64,000 nucleotides of DNA, taken from Nitrospirales bacterium. GTDB lineage: Bacteria; Nitrospirota; Nitrospiria; Nitrospirales; UBA8639. Position 1 is the stretch's first letter. Each line of letters begins with the position of its first letter. A program made the translations under genes and the position numbers. Below the pieces are notes generated by a model. It did not search any database and was not told the origin of the DNA. It worked only from the letters and a program-made list of their open reading frames with translations. Shown in pieces: positions 42,517 to 51,083 of the stretch. The stretch lies in the NCBI GenBank assembly GCA_965223295.1, contig CBDCWC010000003.1, positions 1,344,001 through 1,408,000 of the forward strand, written 5' to 3'.

Positions 42517-43848
42517 ATGACTGCTGTACACAACCCTTGTGATGTGTTGGTGCTTGGAGCTGGGCCTGCTGGTTCTTCCCTTGCGGCAATTCTGGCAGAA
42601 AAAGGCTGGAAGGTCGATGTGTGGGAAAAAGCTCGCTATCCTCGCTTTCATATTGGAGAATCCTTATTACCTCACTCACTTCCGTATTTAAGCAGTCTGG
42701 GAGTGTTGGAGGAAGTTGAACGGATAGGGATAAACAAATGGGGTGCGGAACTGGTGGCCCCAGATCACCAAGATCCTATCACGCTATATTTTTCAGGAGC
42801 ATTGAATAAATCTCATCCAAAGGCTTTTCAAGTTCGCCGGTCTGAATTTGATGACATCCTATTACGGAATTGCCAGAAGAAAGGCGCTCGGGTCTGTGAG
42901 GAGCTTGAGGCCATAGCGGTGGATTTTTCGGATCCTGCCTGGGCTACGGTCCATGGAAAAAATGCTCAGGGGGCATCGGTGAGTCAGCAGGCACGGCATG
43001 TCGTTGATGCGACGGGACGGCAGACATTTTTGGCGAATCAATTTGGGGCCAAGCATCGTAATCCCCATCATAGCAGTGCCGCTATTTATGGGCATTTTGA
43101 AGGTGTGACCCGGCATTCAGGAAAAGATGCGGGCAATATCACTATTTGTTGGTTTGAACAAGGATGGTTTTGGATCATTCCTCTCCTAGACGGAATTACC
43201 AGCGTAGGGGCAGTGTGTTGGCCTTCGTACTTAAAGTCTCGGAAAGGGGACTTAGAGGAGTTTTTTTGGAAAACGGTCAAAAGTTCGCCGGCTGTGACGG
43301 AACGAATGAAAAATGCTAAAGCAATTATGCCTATTGAGGCAACGGGGAATTTTTCCTATCAATCTAGCGTGATGTCGGGGCCAAAGTTTCTGTTAGTCGG
43401 GGACGCCTTTGCGTTTGTCGATCCCATCTTTTCAAGCGGTGTTCATTTAGCTCTTCATAGCGGAATTCGAGGTGCGGATGTTGTTGAGGCCTATCTGCAG
43501 ACCAATACTCAGGCTCCTCAAATAGCCAAGAAATTTGAGAAGGCTGTGCGTGATGGCCTCGAGATTTATTCCTGGTTCATCTACCGGTTTACTCAACCAG
43601 CCCTTCGCAAGCTATTTATGGGCCCCAAAAATTATTTTCGGATTCAGGAGGCTATTTCCTCCGTGGTGGCGGGGGACATCTTTGGTAAGACCTCAGTCAA
43701 GCCTCGAATTTTTCTCTTTAAAATTCTGTATTATGTCCTGGTTCTACTTGACCTAAAAACCAATCTGGCTCATCATCGTAGGAAGCAAGTGAATGTGGAC
43801 TGTGATTCCAGGGAACCACAGACACGAGAGCAGACTGTTGCCTCATAG
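42517..43848 (+). CDS. Flavin-dependent halogenase-like oxidoreductase 1
   Basis: GAGPAG, PRFHIGESL, Lys in INKWGA, GWFWIIP (WxWxIP) and FVDPIFSSG. Confidence 0.85.
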   Translation: MTAVHNPCDVLVLGAGPAGSSLAAILAEKGWKVDVWEKARYPRFHIGESLLPHSLPYLSSLGVLEEVERIGINKWGAELVAPDHQDPITLYFSGALNKSHPKAFQVRRSEFDDILLRNCQKKGARVCEELEAIAVDFSDPAWATVHGKNAQGASVSQQARHVVDATGRQTFLANQFGAKHRNPHHSSAAIYGHFEGVTRHSGKDAGNITICWFEQGWFWIIPLLDGITSVGAVCWPSYLKSRKGDLEEFFWKTVKSSPAVTERMKNAKAIMPIEATGNFSYQSSVMSGPKFLLVGDAFAFVDPIFSSGVHLALHSGIRGADVVEAYLQTNTQAPQIAKKFEKAVRDGLEIYSWFIYRFTQPALRKLFMGPKNYFRIQEAISSVVAGDIFGKTSVKPRIFLFKILYYVLVLLDLKTNLAHHRRKQVNVDCDSREPQTREQTVAS

Positions 43849-43875
43849 AAAGAACAAGCAAGTAAAAATAGGGTC

Positions 43876-44973
43876 ATGGATCATCGGTTAACCCCTAACA
43901 AAAATTCCGTTCGATCGATTCTGACCGATCTCCCAGAATGGGATCGGTCAACAGTTCCGACTCCATTAACAGGCTCTTATCCCTTGAAAGTGACCTATGT
44001 TCAACTCGATGATTGTTCTCAGATCGGCAGTTTAGAAACATGTCATATTTTAGCGTCAATGACTTACGGAAATAGTACTTCTCAGGCTGTTTTAGGGAAA
44101 GGGCTCAACGTTCAGGTGAATCTCCCCCACTTGACTCAACCACCTGTTGTGGAAATTTGGGAAACATCAGCTTCGGTTCTTCGAGATCAGTTTCAAGATA
44201 TTCGTCTGGCTGTTTCCAATGGAATCGTTTTTGGTTGCTTGGAAACTCGGGAGTCTCCAGGATGTGTGTTAGAAGACGTCGCTCGGGAAGCCTACGAACA
44301 AATATTTGAGTATTGCACACGATCAGGCTTCTCCCATCTTCTGCGCATGTGGAATTATTTCCCTGACATTAATGCCGATCACCATGGGTTAGAGCGTTAT
44401 AAGCGGTTTTGTATGGGACGGCACCAAGCCTTTTCGGAACAATATCAAGATTTTTGGCCACGCCTTCCAGCAGCCAGTGCAGTTGGCACTTCTAGTGGCC
44501 CCTTCCAGCTATTGTTCTTGGCTGGGTCCCAACCTGGAATTCCAGTTGAAAACCCTCGGCAAGTGAGTGCTTATGTCTATCCTGAGATGTATGGTCCCAA
44601 AAGTCCATCCTTTGCACGGGCGACTCTGTGTCATACCTTATCTGGCAGCCATCTTTTTGTGTCAGGGACCGCCAGCATCGTGGGGCATGCCACTCAACAT
44701 CATGGCGATCCAGCCCAACAGACCTTAGAAACATTGTGCAATATTGAAGCAATTCTGAACCGGGTTCGTGATGAGAGTCCAGAGCTAAGGGACGATGAGC
44801 TAACTCACGGTGTCTTGAAGGTCTTTGTACGTAATCTGGAAGATGTCCCCGCGGTCATGCAAGTGTTAGAGCGCCATGAATTTGGGCAGAGCCCTGTAGT
44901 CTATGTGCAGGCAGACATGTGTCGAAAAGAATTGCTTGTAGAAATTGAAGGCACATGGAGTCAGACATCTTAG
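43876..44973 (+). CDS. Chorismatase, FkbO/Hyg5/XanB2 family (hydroxybenzoate starter supply)
   Basis: LRMWNY, PAASAVG, ENPRQVSAY, SPSFARA, SGTASIVGH and LLVEIEG motifs. Confidence 0.88.
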   Translation: MDHRLTPNKNSVRSILTDLPEWDRSTVPTPLTGSYPLKVTYVQLDDCSQIGSLETCHILASMTYGNSTSQAVLGKGLNVQVNLPHLTQPPVVEIWETSASVLRDQFQDIRLAVSNGIVFGCLETRESPGCVLEDVAREAYEQIFEYCTRSGFSHLLRMWNYFPDINADHHGLERYKRFCMGRHQAFSEQYQDFWPRLPAASAVGTSSGPFQLLFLAGSQPGIPVENPRQVSAYVYPEMYGPKSPSFARATLCHTLSGSHLFVSGTASIVGHATQHHGDPAQQTLETLCNIEAILNRVRDESPELRDDELTHGVLKVFVRNLEDVPAVMQVLERHEFGQSPVVYVQADMCRKELLVEIEGTWSQTS

Positions 44974-45095
44974 CCATTAAATGAATGAGGAATCTAGAAC
45001 TTATTCCCAAATTTATTTATGATGACATGAGGTTTGTGTACGAGAATTAGGTTGTTGTTCATTTTAGGAACTTTCTTACAGAGTTGGAGGATTGG

Positions 45096-45512
45096 ATGAT
45101 GAAAAGTCGATTATTGTCACAATGGGTCTTTTTGTCAGTCGCTATGCTGTTGATTATTGGGTGTGGAGGTGGCGCACCTGTTTTGGATATCACTGATGCT
45201 TCGATAACCACAGTCTCTGGCAAGGAACCAACACTAGAAGATGTCACTCGAGCTATTGTCAGTGCTGCAACGGGTTCAACACCCATATGGAATATGCAGG
45301 TTGTAGAACCCGGTCATATTGTGGCCACGTTGCATAATCGAAGACACATGGCCTCTGTCGATATTAACTACACGACCAAGGGGTATAGTATCACTCGCAA
45401 GGAAACATCAAATTTAAAATATAACGCAGAGAAAGGGACGATTCATCCGGGGTATAACAAATGGATTCGGCGCTTAGATAATAATATTCGAGTCAAACTT
45501 TCCATGTTGTAA
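45096..45512 (+). CDS. Lipoprotein of unknown function
   Basis: ggagg RBS; lipobox IIG-C; C-terminal IHPGYNKWIRRL. Confidence 0.75.
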   Translation: MMKSRLLSQWVFLSVAMLLIIGCGGGAPVLDITDASITTVSGKEPTLEDVTRAIVSAATGSTPIWNMQVVEPGHIVATLHNRRHMASVDINYTTKGYSITRKETSNLKYNAEKGTIHPGYNKWIRRLDNNIRVKLSML

Positions 45513-45536
45513 TAGTAAACAGAAATATCAAAAGGC

Positions 45537-45570
45537 ATAAGCCCTATGGTTGAAAAGCCATAGGGCTTAT
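45537..45570. terminator. Bidirectional terminator between convergent cluster operons
   Basis: ataagccctatgg / ccatagggcttat, a perfect 13 bp stem. Confidence 0.85.
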
Positions 45571-45576
45571 TTGTGT

Positions 45577-46377
45577 TTATTTGTGATACGACTGGGAAGG
45601 AGAAATTTTTGAGATATGAGGCTCCTGTTGAGCAAGAGGTTGACCAAACAACGCATGATAGAGGTTTTGTGGAGCCAGTCCTTTAGCTAAGAGTTTCCCC
45701 GCAATCATGAGAGTGATCCGAGCAATATCCACAACCGGGCGAAAATAACTGGGGCGTGGGGCTTGCCGGGGTTCCGACTCAATGGGGACTGGAAGGCTCC
45801 AAAATTCCAGCTTCGCTCCTTCCACCAAGATCTCACTTTCGAACACAAAGCTACGTTCCAGGGTTGTGGGAATGTTCAACTGAGCAAGTAATGACAACGG
45901 GTAAATCCGAAACCCCGATTGGCTATCAGCTATTGGGTGACCGGCAGCCCAGGATACCCAAAAATCGGCGATTCGGTTAGCCAGAATTCTGTGCCAAGTT
46001 TGTCGGGTCCAAGGTCTCCGACGTGCGCCGATAATAATTCGGTGCGGAGTCCTTTCGATTTGTTGAAGAAGTCGGGGAATATCTGCTGGATCATGTTGTC
46101 CATCCCCGTCCAACGTCACGACAGCAGTGACGCCAAGTTGCTGGGCATATTGAAAACCCTTCCAGAGGCTGGCTGCTTTTCCGCAATTGCTGTTGTTGTG
46201 AAGGATAGTAATGGGCAAATCTTCCAAGACTTGGGCTGTTCGATCGGTGGAGCCGTCATTCACGACGATCACAAACTCGAGATAGCGAAGGGATGCCTGA
46301 ACAACATCAAGTATAGTCGTCTCCTCATTGTAAGCTGGAATCACGACAGCATAGGGTTGTGAAGATTGATGATCCAC
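45577..46377 (-). CDS. Glycosyltransferase family 2
   Basis: IPAYNE, VNDGSTD, DGDGQH and DSQSGFR motifs. Confidence 0.9.
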   Translation of the reverse strand: MDHQSSQPYAVVIPAYNEETTILDVVQASLRYLEFVIVVNDGSTDRTAQVLEDLPITILHNNSNCGKAASLWKGFQYAQQLGVTAVVTLDGDGQHDPADIPRLLQQIERTPHRIIIGARRRPWTRQTWHRILANRIADFWVSWAAGHPIADSQSGFRIYPLSLLAQLNIPTTLERSFVFESEILVEGAKLEFWSLPVPIESEPRQAPRPSYFRPVVDIARITLMIAGKLLAKGLAPQNLYHALFGQPLAQQEPHISKISPSQSYHK

Positions 46378-47096
46378 TAAGCCATGGCTCCATTTACGCC
46401 AATAATTTGTCCAGAAAGATAGCTGGCTCTTTCAGAAGCCAAAAATCCCACGACTGAGGCGACTTCATCAGGTTCTCCTGCACGTTTCATAGGTACCATA
46501 CTCTGTATTTGGTCCTCCGTAAATATGCGTTCAGTCGATGGAGAATGAATGAGTCCAGGTGCGACGACGTTGACCGTAATGCCACGAGAGGCGACTTCTG
46601 TGGCTAATGACCGAACGGCGCCATGCAGGCCAGATTTTGCGGCCGAGTAATTCGTTTGTCCTCGATGCCCGACCATTCCAGAGAGAGAGGAAATCGCAAT
46701 GATGCGTCCCCAGCGTGTACGGATCATGGGGAGCAATAGTGGTTGGGTAATGTGAAAAAATCCATGAAGTGAGACGTCGATGACCTTCTTCCATTGTAAG
46801 GCGCTCATGCCGGCCATGGGGGCATCTTCAAAAATACCCGCGTTATGAACGATCACCTGAAGAGGTCCTGTCTCAAGGAGTGTATTCATAGCGATTTCGG
46901 TTGTCGCTCCGTCTGTCAGATCGCAGCAAATGGCTTCGGCAGACTTGCCATTCTCAAGAAGTTGTGTGACATGTTTATGTGTCATTTCAGGGTGTTGATG
47001 CCCATGGATAATCACATGATAATTCATCGAGGCTAGTTCTCGGCAAATAGCGGAACCGATAGGGCTATTTCCGCCCGTCACTAAAGCGCGTTTCAT
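46377..47096 (-). CDS. fabG: 3-oxoacyl-ACP reductase (FabG-like, aryl-polyene type)
   Basis: TGGNSPIG, HNAG and YSAAK motifs. Confidence 0.85.
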   Translation of the reverse strand: MKRALVTGGNSPIGSAICRELASMNYHVIIHGHQHPEMTHKHVTQLLENGKSAEAICCDLTDGATTEIAMNTLLETGPLQVIVHNAGIFEDAPMAGMSALQWKKVIDVSLHGFFHITQPLLLPMIRTRWGRIIAISSLSGMVGHRGQTNYSAAKSGLHGAVRSLATEVASRGITVNVVAPGLIHSPSTERIFTEDQIQSMVPMKRAGEPDEVASVVGFLASERASYLSGQIIGVNGAMA

Positions 47097-47542
47097 AGGA
47101 TCGTTTCTGTGCCTTGAATGAAAATTGAAGCGCGTCCTTCTAGCAGTGATTGTTCCTTTACTTTGATTGTAAATGCATAGATGAAGCTCGTCTGTTGTGC
47201 GAGTATTAACTTCGCTCCAATAGTTAAATCTTCCGGGAATTGTTGGAAACTGAGGCTGTAAATCCGAAGATCTCGAACCGCTCCAAGATACCCAATTGAC
47301 GCATGGCGTTGGGAAGTGTCTCTGGTAAGACCCACGTGGACGCCCATGGCTTGTGCCGCAAATTCTAACCCTGAGAGGATTCCCAAACGGCCCTCGTGTC
47401 GCAAGGGATTGTCATGGTTTCGGTGAGTAGACGAGAGACAAATGATTGATGTGGCGTCCCACTGTTCGACTGAGTTTAGCATACACATCTCTTTGCCATG
47501 CGGCAAAAAGTTGCAGAGTTCTACTCTCGACAAGGCTGGCAT
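47093..47542 (-). CDS. Hotdog-fold ACP dehydratase-like protein
   Basis: LPHGKEMCML and LEFAAQAMGVH motifs. Confidence 0.75.
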   Translation of the reverse strand: MPALSRVELCNFLPHGKEMCMLNSVEQWDATSIICLSSTHRNHDNPLRHEGRLGILSGLEFAAQAMGVHVGLTRDTSQRHASIGYLGAVRDLRIYSLSFQQFPEDLTIGAKLILAQQTSFIYAFTIKVKEQSLLEGRASIFIQGTETIL

Positions 47543-48345
47543 GGTTGGTGGTCAATCTGCAATTGAAGGTTATCCAAGAAGTTCAGGTGCACCGAAGTGG
47601 TGAGATGATTGGCCATAGCATGTAAGAGTGGAAGGCTTCTGGCTGCTGGGCTACCTGAACGCAATTGTTCCAATGAAGTGTGGGACATTGTTGTGGGTGA
47701 TGTTTCCAGGGGTTCTGACAGCAAGGCAATCGTCAATTTAGACAGGCTCTTCGGTGGCGCATGATGGCTGAGGACCATGGCCACAGCAAACGGGGCGGCC
47801 AGCGGACGTGCCTCATTCAAGGGAAATGGCGCGGCAATATCACAAGCAACGAACAACACATATTCTTCTTGATGTGTAGACAACAAAGTGGCCGACTCAA
47901 GCAAACCGCCACTAAATGAAGCATCGTAACACGACAAACTCGTCGATGGACGTTGAGATCCAGATGCAATACTCCAGTAGCCCACCGCCGCATTGTGAAC
48001 GGATTGATGAAATAAGGTTGGAGAAACCATGGGGGGTGATAAGGTAAGTGAGTGACAAATTTTATGCAGTATTTCCGTTTCGCCACCGGAAGAAGCAAAG
48101 ACCGTGGCCATTTCTTTTGAAGACATGTCGCTTTGTCGCACTGCTTCTTGGGCAACTTGTAAAGCCCAGCGAACCACTCCGCTACTCCGACGGCGTTCAT
48201 TCATGGGAAGAACTGAAGGCATGGGGTCGGGTATCTGTGTGAAACTCTCAGGTATCTGAGAGTCTGGTTGCAGCTGGTTTTGGCATTCTTGCCAATTTGC
48301 TAAGTTTGGCCCTAGCACTCCGATACCATGAACAAAGATTTCCAC
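47521..48345 (-). CDS. Beta-ketoacyl synthase chain-length factor
   Basis: NERRRS, VFASSGGE and SPTLFHQSVHNAAVGYW; catalytic triad absent. Confidence 0.85.
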   Translation of the reverse strand: MEIFVHGIGVLGPNLANWQECQNQLQPDSQIPESFTQIPDPMPSVLPMNERRRSSGVVRWALQVAQEAVRQSDMSSKEMATVFASSGGETEILHKICHSLTLSPPMVSPTLFHQSVHNAAVGYWSIASGSQRPSTSLSCYDASFSGGLLESATLLSTHQEEYVLFVACDIAAPFPLNEARPLAAPFAVAMVLSHHAPPKSLSKLTIALLSEPLETSPTTMSHTSLEQLRSGSPAARSLPLLHAMANHLTTSVHLNFLDNLQLQIDHQPCQPCRE

Positions 48346-49541
48346 TAGCTTTTTCCCAAAATCAACGTGCAGTTATTGCCGCCAAATCCAAAAAAGTTAC
48401 TCATGATATGTTGGAGTGGTCGTTCTTCGTTTTTCAACAGAACGTGACTGGAAAAAGTCGGGTCGATCTGGGTTGTATTCAAGCAGCCAGGAAGAAATCC
48501 ATATTGGAGGCAGAGATCTCCAATGACGGCTTCGACGGCTCCTGCAGCGCCTAATGTATGGCCAGTCCATCCTTTGGTTGAACTACAAGGTGTTTGGGAT
48601 CGAAACAGCGTGGCAATAGCGCGGTCTTCGGTTTGGTCATTGGCCTTCGTTGCTGTTCCATGCATATGAATAAAATCAATGTCAGATGGGGAAAGGTGGC
48701 TGCTCTTCAGCGAAGCTTCCATGGCGATGATTGCACCTTGCCCGGTGGGATGAGGATGGGACATATGGTAAGCATCGCTACTTTCGCCATATCCCAAGAG
48801 AACGGACGTGGATTGATTCTCAGCATGAGGGGTTTTCTCTAAAAAGACAAAGGCGGCCGCTTCACCAATGGTCAATCCATCACGGTCCTTATCACAGGGC
48901 CGGCAGGGCCCAGCAGCAGTTAATTGTAATGAGGAAAATCCATACAAGGTGGTTTGGCAGAGACTATCAACTCCCCCAACGATCGCAGCTTCGCAGAGCC
49001 CCGCCTGAATATACCGCGCAGCGGTGGCAAAAACTTTTGCGCTTGAGGAACAGGCCGTGGAAATGGCAACGGCTGGTCCTGTGAGTTGCAGGTAGTCGCG
49101 GATAAAATGGGCGACAGAAAAGACTTCTTGGGTATACCGGCATCGTGGAAGAAATGTGCTAGGAAGTCGTCCAGTTTCTGGATCCCGGTTTTGGTATGCA
49201 TGTTCCGTTTCCAGAATCCCTGAGGTGCTGGTGCCAATGAGAACAGCAATTCTCTGAGCACCATATTGTTGACGGGCGTCAGCAATACGGTCTTCAAAGC
49301 CATCTTGCTTTAGGCCTAACATGGCCAATCTATTATTTCGACAATCAAAATGGCTAAGACGTGGAATAAGCGATAGCGTATCCAAGCCTTTCACCATACC
49401 CATATAGGTGGGAAGCTTGGTGCCTTCAAAATCGCAAGGCGTGAGACCAGATTGGCCTTTCTGTAGAGCGACAAGATGGTCTTGCTTGCCTCGACCAAGA
49501 GCGGTGACGAGAGTGGAAAGAGAGAATGAGAGAGGGGCCAT
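48345..49541 (-). CDS. Beta-ketoacyl-ACP synthase (aryl-polyene KS)
   Basis: STACSSS, HGTAT and GHTLGAAG (Cys-His-His triad); FGFGGNN. Confidence 0.92.
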   Translation of the reverse strand: MAPLSFSLSTLVTALGRGKQDHLVALQKGQSGLTPCDFEGTKLPTYMGMVKGLDTLSLIPRLSHFDCRNNRLAMLGLKQDGFEDRIADARQQYGAQRIAVLIGTSTSGILETEHAYQNRDPETGRLPSTFLPRCRYTQEVFSVAHFIRDYLQLTGPAVAISTACSSSAKVFATAARYIQAGLCEAAIVGGVDSLCQTTLYGFSSLQLTAAGPCRPCDKDRDGLTIGEAAAFVFLEKTPHAENQSTSVLLGYGESSDAYHMSHPHPTGQGAIIAMEASLKSSHLSPSDIDFIHMHGTATKANDQTEDRAIATLFRSQTPCSSTKGWTGHTLGAAGAVEAVIGDLCLQYGFLPGCLNTTQIDPTFSSHVLLKNEERPLQHIMSNFFGFGGNNCTLILGKS

Positions 49542-49550
49542 GTGTGCGGG

Positions 49551-51080
49551 TTACGCCATCTGTTTGCTTGATTGGGTCTCGAGGAGGGTATTGGCCTGTT
49601 CATAACCATGACGGAAGATAGCCCGGAGACGCGTTACTGATTCATGAGGCGTCAGGGGTTGTCCGATTTCGTTCAACCAATCAATCCCTTCCAGGGCATC
49701 TGTGAAATTCCCCAGGTTCCCCCGGTACAAAGCCTGATTTTTCTGGAGATGTCGTTCAACTTTCTGAAACAGCTGAGAAAATATTGAGAGGGAATTGAGG
49801 ACCTGCTGTTGCTCTTGGACCTGATCAGCAAGGAACTGCTCATTGAGATGAAGGTCTTGCATAAACTCTGATAGCCAGAGGTGATAGTACAAGGGAAGAT
49901 CTAATTGAAACTTCAGCTTGAGCAGCTCATAGCTGGCAAACACGGAATAGAGGTTGTGATACAGGTGCATGTTTGCCTCATAGCGAAAGTGCATGTAGGC
50001 ATTCGAGAGGTTCACGAGATTTTCCAGGTGAGAAGAAGAAGCCCCTTCTTCTTCATGGCGAATAAAATTGGTGATGAAATCATTTTCCAACGCAATAAAG
50101 TCTGATCCTGGGCTATAAAACGGATCGGAAAATGCTGCAGATTCACCGGTTAACCCCCAACGGTTTGAACTGAAAAATTGTTTAGTGGCATAAGTCAGAT
50201 GCTGGAAGCTGCCGATGTCCAGCAATTCAGCTTCCTGGAGCAACGACCATGCAGCATGATGTTGTTTGAGAAAGTTTAAGAATCCTTTTCCTTTTCGCAG
50301 AGTTTCTTGCCAGCCAAAGCGACGGTCCATGACGATACCCACGCTCACAATATCCTGGCTAATGGGAATAAACCAGATCCAATACCCGGGATAGCAAAAA
50401 TGAACCGTCGATGCTCGGCGGCTCGTGCCATTGACCCGTTGGCGGAAAGTCTCTGGACCGATATAGTCCATATCAACCACATTTCTAAATCGCCCCCATA
50501 CGGATCCTACGGTATGGTGTGGGCATGCAATTCGTAAGTCTTCTTGCTTGGCGAGAATGGAAGAACGGCCAGTGGCATCAATCAGCCATCGGCTCTGACC
50601 ATTCAATTGTGTGGTCTCAGTTTCCACAGCAAATGTATGAGGCGAAGAATCGGAACTGAGCTGAATCCCATTCACTCGGCTTCCAAGGTGAAGTTCAACG
50701 CCATCTTCCTGATTCATCTGTAGGAGGTCGGCCTCTAACCGTGAGCGATCAATTTGAAAACTCTTAAAAAAAGGCGTTTGTATTCCCCCAATTTCACTCA
50801 TCTCAGTTAATGGGGCTTGACGGTTTTCCTGATCAAAGAAAAAACGCAGTCCATTCTTCAGGATATGATGTTTGGTGAGATAGTTCTCCAAGCCAAGCCG
50901 CCGAATCAGATAATTTCCCGTGACTTCAACCGTGGATTCTCCCACTTTAAAAGTGGTAGAGCGTTGTTTTTCGAATATCCCCACTTTGAGGTGCGGAACG
51001 GTCTGCCGCAGTTGCCTGGCTAAGAGATTACCGGCTAGCCCTCCACCGAGAATAGCGATATCAAGATGATGGTGTGCCAT
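49551..51080 (-). CDS. Flavin-dependent halogenase-like oxidoreductase 2
   Basis: GGGLAG, KVGESTVE, Lys in ILKNGLRF, YWIWFIP (WxWxIP) and FSDPFYSPG. Confidence 0.8.
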   Translation of the reverse strand: MAHHHLDIAILGGGLAGNLLARQLRQTVPHLKVGIFEKQRSTTFKVGESTVEVTGNYLIRRLGLENYLTKHHILKNGLRFFFDQENRQAPLTEMSEIGGIQTPFFKSFQIDRSRLEADLLQMNQEDGVELHLGSRVNGIQLSSDSSPHTFAVETETTQLNGQSRWLIDATGRSSILAKQEDLRIACPHHTVGSVWGRFRNVVDMDYIGPETFRQRVNGTSRRASTVHFCYPGYWIWFIPISQDIVSVGIVMDRRFGWQETLRKGKGFLNFLKQHHAAWSLLQEAELLDIGSFQHLTYATKQFFSSNRWGLTGESAAFSDPFYSPGSDFIALENDFITNFIRHEEEGASSSHLENLVNLSNAYMHFRYEANMHLYHNLYSVFASYELLKLKFQLDLPLYYHLWLSEFMQDLHLNEQFLADQVQEQQQVLNSLSIFSQLFQKVERHLQKNQALYRGNLGNFTDALEGIDWLNEIGQPLTPHESVTRLRAIFRHGYEQANTLLETQSSKQMA

Positions 51081-51083
51081 AAA

